From Chloroflexota bacterium (lineage in GTDB: Bacteria; Chloroflexota; Anaerolineae; Promineifilales; Promineifilaceae): a stretch of 64,000 bases of DNA. Under the pieces are notes generated by a model. It had not been told where the DNA came from, ran no database searches, and saw only the letters and a program-made list of their open reading frames with translations. The position numbers and the translations under genes are program-made. The stretch is taken from the NCBI GenBank assembly GCA_041390905.1, contig JAWKPA010000012.1:63216-127215 (forward strand), in the 5' to 3' direction. Shown here in pieces: positions 37,129 to 45,961 of the stretch; the first letter of the stretch is position 1; every line of letters starts with the position of its first letter.

Positions 37129-39270
37129 TTAATCATCAACAATGTAGAGGGTGGCGAGCAAACGGCCGTTAACCGCCACCACATCTTCCGTCATGCCACC
37201 GGGCAAGGTTTGCTGAACGGCCGTTAATTCATCAAATCGCTCCGGCAGGAAAATATAAACCACACCCTTGTCAATGAGCAAACTGAGGTCTGCCGGGGGC
37301 AGCTCCGGCGGCTCTCCCACGTCAACGGCTTCAGCGTCTGCCACCAGATAGGGCAAGGTAGCAAAGTTCCAATACATCCAGGGTGCGCCCACAAAAAAGA
37401 AGCGGTGATCCCCCTTCAGCGCATTGAGACGCGGTGCCAGTTCAGTCGCCAACTCAGCGTGTGAGCCGCCATAAAGTCGCTGCGGTACGGCCTCGTTGAA
37501 GTAGGTGTTGAGGCTGGTGGTGGCAAAAACCACAACAGCCAGGGCTAACAATCCATTGACAACCGCGTTCGTCTGCGTCCCAGTTTCAAAAACGGCCGTT
37601 TTCACCATCTCCCCCACCTCCCACAGCCCCAACGCCACAAAAAAGCAGGTCGGCACCGCCAGCGTAATCAGCCGCTGGCTCGACGGTGGGCTTTCGGTCA
37701 GCATTCCTCCCAGCAGCATTCCCCCCCACCACCACGCCACCAGGGGAGCCGTTGGCTGTGCCTGCCGCCACCACAGCAATTTAGCCGTGCCAAACAGCAG
37801 CCCCAGCAAAAACATGGCCCCAAAAAATGGATCCAGCAGCGGCTGGCGCAGCCCGTACCACACGGTGCGGTCGGGATAATAGGTAAACGCCATCGCCGCC
37901 CGCTGGAACTGATCCCACAAAACGGCGGCATGGCTTTGCTGCCGAAGCTCCACCTCCCGCTCCAGCCAGCCGCTTTGGAAGATGCCTACTGTGTTCAGCC
38001 GGGCGTTAAATTCATCGGGGAAGCGGGCGGCGTATTGCAGCATGGGGGCAGCGGCGATGAGGAAGGTAAGGAGCATGATGAGCAGCCCGGTTTGGTGCTG
38101 CCGCCAAAAGTGGCGCGGGGCGCGAATGAATTGGTAAGCAATGACGGCGAGGACGACGACGGGGGTCAGCCGCGCCCCGGCGTAAAAATAAAAGGCAAAG
38201 CCACTCACCAGCCCCACCAAGCCCCAGTCGCGCCGTTTACCTTCGTCCAGGGCGCGAACGAGCAGCCACAGGGCGAGGGAGAGGAAGAGGGGATCGGCGA
38301 TTTGGTTGGAGCCGAGGCGAGAGAAGTGGATGTGGTAATGGTAGGTGGCGAGGAGAACGGCCGTTAACCACCCCATCTTCTCCCCCGCCAGCCGCCGCAC
38401 CAGCAAAAACGTCACCAGCACGTTGGCCGTGCCAACCAACGCCCAGGCAAGCCGCAGCCCAAAGATGGTGCGGCCAAAGAGGGCGATGGTGAGGCTGTTG
38501 AAAAAGAAGCTCATGGTTGGCACGCCCAGCCAGCCCGTGCCAAGCGGGTTCCGCAGCGTGCCTTCCAGCACCCGCACCGCTTCCAGACCCTGCGAAGCTT
38601 CGTCACCGCCCAGGGTAAAGGGGATGGTTTCTAGCCGCCAGACGCGCAACAAAAAGGCTGCCAGAAGGAGCAGAAGGAGGAAAATGGGACGCGGACGAAC
38701 GCGGACAAACGCGGACAAATCTTTGATTTTCCAGTTTTGCCACCTGGTGGAAAAGGAAGTTTGGGACGCAGATTTTCCTGATAGAGCCTGATTTTTACGG
38801 CGTTGGCTGGTTGTAATCTGGCTCAATCCGCGTTCGTCCGCGTTTGTCCGCGTCCTATTGCAACGGGTGGGCAGAACGGCCGTTAACCACAACCCTACCG
38901 CCGCCAGCCACGCCGCCGTCACCAGCAGGTAGCTGTCATTTTGGCCGAGTTGGGGAATGGTGAGCAGGGAATAGGCCAGGCAGATGGCTGCCCCCAGCAG
39001 CAAAAAAAGCCGGGTTGCGGAAAAGCTGTGGAGGAAGTGGCGGAGAGACTGTGGATTACTGGGTGGTTTCTGGGGATAAACGGCCGTTTTATCCACAGGT
39101 TCGCGTAAAAACAGGGCAATGGCGACGATGGCAGCGGCAAAGACGGCCGACCACGGCGGCACCCCTTGCCCGGCTTCGGTGGCAGTGAGTTGGAGGAAAT
39201 AAACGGCCGTTAGCACCCCCGCCACCACCACAATCAGCAGATAAAAAGCGTCACGCGCCTGTTCACGCAT
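37129..39270 (-). CDS. glycosyltransferase family 39 (ArnT/PMT-like) membrane protein; ORF as called includes an upstream 4-TM segment and an in-frame hairpin element
   Basis: The core GT39 region begins …IFLLLLLLAAFLLRVWRLETIPFTLGGDEASQGLEAV…. The start is placed at MREQARDAFYLL (cat 39268-39270). An alternative start is the TTG just after the element, at about 38705. Confidence 0.6.
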   Translation of the reverse strand: MREQARDAFYLLIVVVAGVLTAVYFLQLTATEAGQGVPPWSAVFAAAIVAIALFLREPVDKTAVYPQKPPSNPQSLRHFLHSFSATRLFLLLGAAICLAYSLLTIPQLGQNDSYLLVTAAWLAAVGLWLTAVLPTRCNRTRTNADERGLSQITTSQRRKNQALSGKSASQTSFSTRWQNWKIKDLSAFVRVRPRPIFLLLLLLAAFLLRVWRLETIPFTLGGDEASQGLEAVRVLEGTLRNPLGTGWLGVPTMSFFFNSLTIALFGRTIFGLRLAWALVGTANVLVTFLLVRRLAGEKMGWLTAVLLATYHYHIHFSRLGSNQIADPLFLSLALWLLVRALDEGKRRDWGLVGLVSGFAFYFYAGARLTPVVVLAVIAYQFIRAPRHFWRQHQTGLLIMLLTFLIAAAPMLQYAARFPDEFNARLNTVGIFQSGWLEREVELRQQSHAAVLWDQFQRAAMAFTYYPDRTVWYGLRQPLLDPFFGAMFLLGLLFGTAKLLWWRQAQPTAPLVAWWWGGMLLGGMLTESPPSSQRLITLAVPTCFFVALGLWEVGEMVKTAVFETGTQTNAVVNGLLALAVVVFATTSLNTYFNEAVPQRLYGGSHAELATELAPRLNALKGDHRFFFVGAPWMYWNFATLPYLVADAEAVDVGEPPELPPADLSLLIDKGVVYIFLPERFDELTAVQQTLPGGMTEDVVAVNGRLLATLYIVDD
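38690..38850. repeat. long hairpin element (ACGCGGAC/GCGGACA heptamer arrays; about 30-nt arms and about 100-nt loop) lying in frame inside the GT39 ORF
   Basis: gggacgcggacgaacgcggacaaacgcggacaaatc … gctcaatccgcgttcgtccgcgtttgtccgcgtcc. Confidence 0.7.
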
Positions 39271-39287
39271 GAATTTAAAGCAGAGAG

Positions 39288-39350
39288 ATTGGGGATTAGA
39301 GGTTGGAGATTGTGAAGGTAGTCCCCAATCTCTAATCTCCAATCTCCACT
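39288..39350. repeat. heptamer-tandem hairpin element (GGAGATT/AGAGATT type)
   Basis: ggggattagaggttggagattgtgaaggtagtccccaatctctaatctccaatctcc. Confidence 0.7.
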
Positions 39351-39354
39351 TATC

Positions 39355-41310
39355 CTATCCAACCATCGGCAGCGGAATACTATCCACCGTTGGCACTTTC
39401 GGCTGTAGCGGCTGATGATGCGGCCGCTTCTTCACCGGCGGGCATTCCCACGCCTCCGGCGCCGTTTCCCGCCGCAAATCCGTTAGTTTCGGCAAAATAC
39501 CGCAGGCAAAACATTGGTGGCGGCAATCAATCCGCGTCTCCTGCGCCTGGCTCATCAAATAATCCTGCGTCAAGAACTTGCGCGTAATCGCCACATCAAT
39601 ATGCTCCCAGGGGAAAATTTCGTCAATGGTGCGCTTGCGGTGGGTAAAAAAGTACGGGTCAAGCCCTTCCGCCGCCATCGCCTCCAGCCACACATCCTCC
39701 TTGAAATGCTCCATCCAGGCGTCAAACTTCGCCCCATTGCGCCATGCCCGCTCCACCGCATTGGCAACCCGGCGGTCGCCCCGGCTCAAAAACCCTTCAA
39801 ACACCGATTCACGCGGGTTGTTCCAACGCAACTTCAGCCCATTGCCGCCAATCTCCCGCTTCAACAGCGACAACTTCTCATACACCTTGTCCACCGCATC
39901 CATCGGCTCCCACTGAAACGGCGTATGGGGTTTGGGAATGAAGGTGCTAACCCCCACATTGACGCTGGCCTTGTTGCCGTGGAACTTGCGCCCCTCGTGC
40001 AGCACCTGCCGGGCCAGGTCAATAATCGCCTCCACATCCTCCATCTCCTCCATCGGGTGACCAATCATGAAGTAGAGCTTGATGGTGCGCCAGTTGCGGC
40101 GATAAATCTCCCGCGCCGTTGCCAGCAGCTCCTCATGCGTCACATATTTGTTGATGATATTCCGCATTTTCTCGGTGGCCGCTTCCGGGGCCAGGGTGAA
40201 GCCGCCCCGCTTGCTGTCGCCCAAATTGTCCATGAGCTGGGTGGAAACGGACTCGATCCGCAGTGAGGGCAGGGAAATGTTTAGCCCCATATGCCCAAAC
40301 CGCTTGCCGATTTGCTCGGTTAGCTCCAAAACGTGGGTGTAGTCGCTGGACGAAAGCGACAGGAGGGCGATTTCTTCATAGCCGGTTTTGTCGAGGATTT
40401 CTTCCATAGCGGCCAGGATTTCGGAAACCGGCCGTTCGCGCACCGGGCGCGTCACCATACCTGCGTGGCAAAAGCGGCAGCCACGGGTGCAGCCGCGCAT
40501 AATCTCAATCGGGGCGCGGTTGTGTACCAGTTCCACAAAGGGGATGATGAAGTCGGTGACGGGCGGCGGCATCACCGGGACAATCGTTTTCATCACCTTG
40601 CGCGGTGCTTCGGGCATGTTGGGGGTAATCGCCTTCACCGTGCCGCTGTCGTGGTATTCCACGTCATAAAAGCGCGGCACATAGCACCCCTCAATTTGGG
40701 CAATATAGCGCAGCTGCGTCTCCCGGTCTAAATGGCTGGCGGCACGCATAATGCCAACGATTTTAAGAATCGCCTCTTCCCCTTCGCCAATGACAAACAC
40801 GTCAATAAAGGGAGCCATTGGCTCCGGATTGTAGCAGGCGTGGCCGCCAGCAATGACCAGCGGATAGCTTTCGTCCCGCTCTTCGGCGCGAATAGGCATT
40901 CCGGCCAGATCCAGCAGGTTGAGGGCGTTGGTAAAAAGCTGTTCGTAGGGCAAGCTGATTGCCAGCATGTCAAAGTCGCGGATGGCGTGCTTGGTTTCCA
41001 GCGAAAACAGCGGGATTTCCCGTTCGCGCATCAGCTCTTCCATGTCGGTCCAGGGGCAGTAAACGCGCTCGGCCAGCAGGTTGCGATGCTTGTTGATGAT
41101 GTCGTACATAATCATCAGCCCCAGGTTGGACATGCCCAAGTCGTAGATGTCGGGGAAGGCGAGTGCTACTTTAAAATCAATGTCGTGCCAATCTTTAATA
41201 ATTTGATTGTATTCGCCGCCGGTATAACGTGCCGGTTTTGTTACGCGGGGGAGAATGCGTTCTAACGCGAGTTCAATTTGGGCTGCGGTGCAGCTTGCTG
41301 TTTTTATCAT
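39355..41310 (-). CDS. B12-binding-domain radical SAM protein (TIGR03960-like fused to a DUF2344/TIGR03936-like C-terminal region)
   Basis: CxxxCxxC motif RGCTRGCRFCHAG. N-terminal KPARYTGGEYN. 651 aa. AAGGAA upstream of the ATG (cat 41308-41310). Confidence 0.75.
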   Translation of the reverse strand: MIKTASCTAAQIELALERILPRVTKPARYTGGEYNQIIKDWHDIDFKVALAFPDIYDLGMSNLGLMIMYDIINKHRNLLAERVYCPWTDMEELMREREIPLFSLETKHAIRDFDMLAISLPYEQLFTNALNLLDLAGMPIRAEERDESYPLVIAGGHACYNPEPMAPFIDVFVIGEGEEAILKIVGIMRAASHLDRETQLRYIAQIEGCYVPRFYDVEYHDSGTVKAITPNMPEAPRKVMKTIVPVMPPPVTDFIIPFVELVHNRAPIEIMRGCTRGCRFCHAGMVTRPVRERPVSEILAAMEEILDKTGYEEIALLSLSSSDYTHVLELTEQIGKRFGHMGLNISLPSLRIESVSTQLMDNLGDSKRGGFTLAPEAATEKMRNIINKYVTHEELLATAREIYRRNWRTIKLYFMIGHPMEEMEDVEAIIDLARQVLHEGRKFHGNKASVNVGVSTFIPKPHTPFQWEPMDAVDKVYEKLSLLKREIGGNGLKLRWNNPRESVFEGFLSRGDRRVANAVERAWRNGAKFDAWMEHFKEDVWLEAMAAEGLDPYFFTHRKRTIDEIFPWEHIDVAITRKFLTQDYLMSQAQETRIDCRHQCFACGILPKLTDLRRETAPEAWECPPVKKRPHHQPLQPKVPTVDSIPLPMVG

Positions 41311-41344
41311 GAAGATTCCTTGATTTATCCTTTTTCGAGGCCAA

Positions 41345-41398
41345 CCTGACATGTTGTTGGAGATTAGAGATTGGAGATTGCAGATGGTCAATCTACCC
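41345..41398. repeat. partial heptamer hairpin element (GGAGATT type)
   Basis: gttggagattagagattggagattgcagatggtcaatctaccc. One arm is degraded. Confidence 0.5.
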
Positions 41399-41452
41399 AA
41401 ACAGATGAATTAATCAACAGCGGTTCTTCAGAAATTCATGGAGCCGCCGCCC

Positions 41453-41492
41453 CAAATTGTAGTGGCGAGGCATGCCTCGCCACTACAATTTG
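41453..41492. repeat. perfect 40-bp palindrome CAAATTGTAGTGGCGAGGCATGCCTCGCCACTACAATTTG
   Basis: Read directly from the sequence. No flanking U-run. Sits downstream of the 41514-41951 gene and upstream of the radical SAM gene. Confidence 0.7.
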
Positions 41493-41513
41493 TTCTGTCA
41501 ACCCTATAAGATC

Positions 41514-41951
41514 CTAAAGAACCCCGATAGCATTAAATCCGTTTTCACGCATCTCATCCAGATTGCCTTCCCAGTTGAGTTTGCCGCGAAGCTGACGCAC
41601 CTGCAACTGCTGATCATGCTGAATCATGAGGTAGAGGGCTTCTTCGACAATGGCTTGTTTTGTTGGCAATCCAGAAAGCTGGTGGGCTTGCTCAATGAGT
41701 TCCTCGTTACTGCTTACCCAAAGCGATGAAATTGGAAAAGTTCCCTCATCCAACGCCTCCTGCCATCCTTGGGCAAAGCTTATATCTGCCGGGTTCAACG
41801 ATACACTTTGGCGGTATAGGCGCACAATATTGAGCAGCGCAGGTAAATATTCATCCGGGGTTGCTTCAATTTCGGCAAAAAGTCGATCTTTGTAGGGCGT
41901 AATTTGTTTAATCACGATTGTAGATTCCTCATTAACGGCCGTTTTCCCCAT
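41514..41951 (-). CDS. protein with a C-terminal Rv0623/VapB-like antitoxin domain (orphan; no adjacent toxin)
   Basis: The C-terminus …QLQVRQLRGKLNWEGNLDEMRENG matches the Rv0623-like (PSK_trans_fac) antitoxin ending. The N-terminal 80 aa are unknown. The start is uncertain. Confidence 0.45.
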   Translation of the reverse strand: MGKTAVNEESTIVIKQITPYKDRLFAEIEATPDEYLPALLNIVRLYRQSVSLNPADISFAQGWQEALDEGTFPISSLWVSSNEELIEQAHQLSGLPTKQAIVEEALYLMIQHDQQLQVRQLRGKLNWEGNLDEMRENGFNAIGVL

Positions 41952-41987
41952 CTATCATGCAAAAAGACAGCATCAAAGTCAATAACC

Positions 41988-42749
41988 TCACCGCATCACC
42001 CGTCCCCCATCCACCGTCAGCGTACTGCCCGTCACATAGCTGCTGGCAGGGGAGCAAAGATAAAGCACCGCTTGCGCCACCTCATCGGCCAGGCCAATGC
42101 GCCCCAGCGGGATTTCCTGCCGCCACCGCGCCATCAACGCCTCATCCTGCTGCAGCGGCTCCGTCAGCGGCGTGTCAATGATGCCCGGCAGCACGGTGTT
42201 GACGCGAATGCCATAGGCGGCAAACTCGCGGGCGCATTCGCGGGCAAAACCGACCATGCCGGCCTTGCTGGCGCAATAGGCGGCGCGGTTTGCCAGCGGC
42301 ACCGACACGCCAGCGGTGGAGGCAATGTTGACAATGGCCCCGCCGCGCTCCTTGTTTTCCTCGGCCATGACGCGCCCGCAAAGCTGGCTCATAAAAAATG
42401 TCCCTTTCAGGTTGACGTCAAAACAGCGGCTCCAATCCCATTCATCCATTTTGAGGATGGAAGCGACTGGCTCCACGGCGGCATTGTTGACCAGAATATC
42501 AAGCTGCCCCCATTCGGCGCGGGTGGTTTCGATGAGGTGGACGCACTGAAATTTGTTGGCAACGTCGGCGGCAACGGCAATGGCCTGACCACCTGCCTGC
42601 TGGATGGAAACGGCCGTTTTCTTGGCCCGGTCCGGGTTCAAATCATTCACCGCCACCCGCGCCCCCGCCGCCGCCAGCGTTCGGGCAATCGCCGCCCCAA
42701 TGCCCCGCCCCGCCCCGGTCACAATCGCTACTTTGTTTTCTAGCTGCAT
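41988..42749 (-). CDS. SDR family oxidoreductase (FabG-like)
   Basis: [12 protein letters not shown] … NNAA … YCASKAG (YxxxK catalytic motif). Confidence 0.9.
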   Translation of the reverse strand: MQLENKVAIVTGAGRGIGAAIARTLAAAGARVAVNDLNPDRAKKTAVSIQQAGGQAIAVAADVANKFQCVHLIETTRAEWGQLDILVNNAAVEPVASILKMDEWDWSRCFDVNLKGTFFMSQLCGRVMAEENKERGGAIVNIASTAGVSVPLANRAAYCASKAGMVGFARECAREFAAYGIRVNTVLPGIIDTPLTEPLQQDEALMARWRQEIPLGRIGLADEVAQAVLYLCSPASSYVTGSTLTVDGGRVMR

Positions 42750-42762
42750 AACTGTTTGGAAT

Positions 42763-42822
42763 GGGACGCAGATTTACCTGATTTACAGGATTTATCAGGC
42801 AAATCAGGCAAATCTGCGTCCC
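42763..42822. repeat. heptamer-like hairpin element (CCTGATTTA/CAGGCAAAT type)
   Basis: gggacgcagatttacctgatttacaggatttatcaggcaaatcaggcaaatctgcgtccc. Confidence 0.7.
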
Positions 42823-42828
42823 ATTTTT

Positions 42829-43614
42829 TTATTCCCGCAACCGCTCATTAAACAACGCCAGCACCCGATCCAACGCCACCCGCGTGGGGTGTCCGGCTTC
42901 GTCCACCAAATCATTGGTCAACACCGAGTGGGCATTTTGCGAAATGGCAAAGGGGTTGCCGGGTGAGGAATCAATTTCGATGGCCTCAAACCCATCCCCC
43001 AGCTCGCGGCGCAGGGTGGCAAACCGTTCCGGCGGCACGGCCATGTCGTTGGTGAAGCGCAGGCCGAGCAGGGAACAGCCAACGGCCGTTCTTGCCTTCA
43101 CCCGCGCCAAATCCTCATCCGACAATGCCAGCGCCCCCTTGTGACCGGCCGACACGGGAAATGGCAGCGACGGCTGGCTCAACACCGGAGCCATCACCGA
43201 CTCATCCACCATCAGCGCCAGGGCAAAGCCACCCGTCAGGCACATGCCCAACGCTCCCACCCCCGGCCCGCCGCAGGTGGCGTGGACATGGCGGCACAGC
43301 GCCCGCAGCCAATTGGTGACGGGGCTGGCCTGCTTTTTTGCCAGCAGGCTAAATTCGCGGCTAATGCACAGCCGGGCCAATTGCCCCAGCACATAGCCGC
43401 CGGAAAACGGTTTGCCGGGGGTGCCAAAGAGGTGGGGAAGAACGGCCGTAAATCCCGCATCCGCCACCCGCCGCCCAAACTCAGCCACCTGCGGCGTAAT
43501 CCCCGGCACTTCGTGCATAATCACCACCCCCGGCCCGCTGCCGCACCAAAACACCGTCTTCGTCTTGCCATCGTGGGTAAATGTCTGCTCACTAAACCCA
43601 TCCAACGTTGTCAT
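42829..43614 (-). CDS. dienelactone hydrolase family protein
   Basis: α/β-hydrolase with the nucleophile motif GMCLTGG. Start MTTLDGF (cat 43612-43614). Confidence 0.8.
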   Translation of the reverse strand: MTTLDGFSEQTFTHDGKTKTVFWCGSGPGVVIMHEVPGITPQVAEFGRRVADAGFTAVLPHLFGTPGKPFSGGYVLGQLARLCISREFSLLAKKQASPVTNWLRALCRHVHATCGGPGVGALGMCLTGGFALALMVDESVMAPVLSQPSLPFPVSAGHKGALALSDEDLARVKARTAVGCSLLGLRFTNDMAVPPERFATLRRELGDGFEAIEIDSSPGNPFAISQNAHSVLTNDLVDEAGHPTRVALDRVLALFNERLRE

Positions 43615-43634
43615 AATCATCCCCAAGAAAACCT

Positions 43635-43705
43635 AGTGATTAGAGATTGGGGATTAGAGATTGTGAACCTTCATCAATCTCCAATCTCCAATAACCAATA
43701 ACCAA
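43635..43705. repeat. heptamer-tandem hairpin element (GGAGATT type)
   Basis: gattagagattggggattagagattgtgaaccttcatcaatctccaatctccaataaccaataacc. Confidence 0.75.
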
Positions 43706-43713
43706 TTATCCCC

Positions 43714-44625
43714 CTACGGCACCGGCCGGCCCACCGCCGCCTGCCAAATCTGAAACCACTGCTGCCGCGTCAGCCGCAAGCCATCAGCCGCCGCCGCGCT
43801 GCGAAGATGATCCAAATTATTGCTGCCCAGCACCGGCAGCACATTGGCCGGGTGCGTAAACAACCACGCCAGTGCCACCTGATCCAGCGACGCCATCCCC
43901 AATTCCTCGCCAATGTCGCGCAAAGCCTGCCGCACCCGTCGCGCCGCTGGCTCATCGCTGGTAAACAGCCGCCCCCCGGCCAGCGGCGACCACACCATCG
44001 GCGTCATGCCCAGCCGCAGACATTGATCCAGCGTGCCATCATGCAGCACATCCAGAGCCAGTGGCGACAACTCCACCTGGTTTGTAACCAGCGGAAACGG
44101 CAGCCGTGACCCCAGCAAATGTACCTGCCACGAGGCAAAGTTTGACACGCCAAAGTGGCGCACCTTGCCCGCCTGCCGCAGTTCGCCAAAGGCATCGGCC
44201 ACTTCGTCGGGGTCCATCAGCGGGTCGGGGCGATGCAGCAGCAGCAAGTCCAGGTAGTCGGTTTGCAACGCCCGCAGCGTGCCTTCCACCGAGGCCACAA
44301 TGTGGGCTTTGCTGGTGTCATAATGCTTCACCAAATTGTCTGGACGGTTGGGCGAAGCGGGTTTGATGCCACATTTACCCACCAGTTGCAGTTGCTGGCG
44401 CAGCCCCGGCTCCAACGCCAACGCCCGCCCCAGCAGCGTTTCACACGTATGGTCGCCATAAATGTCGGCATGGTCAAGGCTGGTAATGCCAAGCTCCACG
44501 ACAGCGTGGAGCAGCCCCAGCAGTTGGGCATCGGCAAGCCGCCATTCGGCCAGATTGCCCAGCCCCAGCACCAGGCGGGAAAAGGTGGGGCCATCGGCGG
44601 TTAGTGGAATGTGTGAGACAGTCAT
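43714..44625 (-). CDS. aldo/keto reductase
   Basis: LDHADIYG … LLLHRPD … VRHFGVSNF motifs. Confidence 0.85.
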   Translation of the reverse strand: MTVSHIPLTADGPTFSRLVLGLGNLAEWRLADAQLLGLLHAVVELGITSLDHADIYGDHTCETLLGRALALEPGLRQQLQLVGKCGIKPASPNRPDNLVKHYDTSKAHIVASVEGTLRALQTDYLDLLLLHRPDPLMDPDEVADAFGELRQAGKVRHFGVSNFASWQVHLLGSRLPFPLVTNQVELSPLALDVLHDGTLDQCLRLGMTPMVWSPLAGGRLFTSDEPAARRVRQALRDIGEELGMASLDQVALAWLFTHPANVLPVLGSNNLDHLRSAAAADGLRLTRQQWFQIWQAAVGRPVP

Positions 44626-44822
44626 AAGTGCTTCTTCCTGTCAATAAATTATGGCAATCCTTATCTGGATACCACTATCATTCATTATATGCGTTTATGG
44701 GATTGTGGGCGAAACGGCCGTTTCTCGGCCATCTCATCATTTACTCATTTTCACACAACTGGTTTATAATTACGCTCCTTATCAACTTGGCAAGCGGTAC
44801 ACTTTTGTACCAAGGAGGAACT

Positions 44823-45863
44823 ATGTCCAGGATCAAACGCTTTACCCCCATCCTTGCACTCATCGTCACCACGCTACTCGCCCTGTCTGCCTGCCAGCAA
44901 GAAGCAGCCAGCACAGAGCTTAACCTGCTTTGTACCCCCCAGGTGGAATGGTGCGAAGGGATGAAAGCGGAGTTTGAAGCTGCAAATCCCGAAATCACCG
45001 TCAACTTTGTGCGTATGTCCAGCGGCGAATCGCTGACCAGGCTGCGGAATGAAAAAGACAACCCCCAGTTTGACATCTGGTGGGGTGGCCCGATTGACAG
45101 CTTCATTGCTGCCAAAGATGAGGGTTTGCTCGAAGCCTATGACTCACCCAACCTCGACAACATCAAAGACCCCGGCCTGATGCTCGACCCTGACCACACC
45201 TGGGCCGGTGTGTATGTAGGTTCACTCGGTTTTGCCACCAACCAAAACTTCCTCGACGAAAACCCCGGTCTGGAACCACCGCGCAGTTGGGACGATTTGC
45301 TGAAACCAGAGTTTGCGGGGCAACTCATGGTAGCCCATCCGTCCAGCTCCGGCACCTCTTACACCGCCCTCTGCACCGTGCTGCAAATGCGGGGCGAGGA
45401 TGCTGGTTGGGAGTATCTGAATGCCTATGCCGGGCAGGTGAACCAGTTTACCAAGAGCGGTTCGGCTCCGGCACGGTTTGTGGGTCAGGGAGAAGCGGCC
45501 GTTGGCATCGTCTTCTCCCACGACATTGTAGCCCAAATTGAAGCCGGCGCGCCGCTGGTGCTGACCTTCCCCGAAGAGGGAACTGGCTACGAAATTGGTG
45601 GTATGGGGATCATCAAAGGGGCCGCCCATCTGGATGCGGCGCAGAAATGGTTTGATTGGGCGTTGGAACCAGCTACGCAGGAGCTTGGCCCCAAATACGC
45701 TGCCTTCCAGGCACCCACCGTCAATGGAGCCGAAGCCTCCATGCCGGAACTGCTGGATGTCAACCTGATTGACTACGACTTCCAGTACTGTGGCGAAAAC
45801 AAAACCGCCTTTGTAGACCGCTTCACCAACGAAATCGCCAACGCTGATAGTTTGAAAGAGTAA
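44823..45863 (+). CDS. ABC transporter substrate-binding lipoprotein (iron(III)/FbpA-AfuA-like, SBP family 1)
   Basis: AGGAGG upstream of ATG MSRIKRF. Lipobox LALSAC. Followed by a permease and an ATPase. Confidence 0.85.
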   Translation: MSRIKRFTPILALIVTTLLALSACQQEAASTELNLLCTPQVEWCEGMKAEFEAANPEITVNFVRMSSGESLTRLRNEKDNPQFDIWWGGPIDSFIAAKDEGLLEAYDSPNLDNIKDPGLMLDPDHTWAGVYVGSLGFATNQNFLDENPGLEPPRSWDDLLKPEFAGQLMVAHPSSSGTSYTALCTVLQMRGEDAGWEYLNAYAGQVNQFTKSGSAPARFVGQGEAAVGIVFSHDIVAQIEAGAPLVLTFPEEGTGYEIGGMGIIKGAAHLDAAQKWFDWALEPATQELGPKYAAFQAPTVNGAEASMPELLDVNLIDYDFQYCGENKTAFVDRFTNEIANADSLKE

Positions 45864-45935
45864 TTGGGAGATTAGGAGATTAGGAGACTGGGAGACTGTC
45901 TGTAGAGTTTCTCAGTCTCCCAGTCTCTCAGTTTC
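45862..45935. repeat. hairpin element (GGAGATTA / GGGAGACT heptamer-like arrays) between the SBP and permease cistrons
   Basis: ggagattaggagattaggagactgggagactgtctgtagagtttctcagtctcccagtctctcag. Confidence 0.7.
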
Positions 45936-45961
45936 TTAATCCCATCCAGGTAACGCATTTT

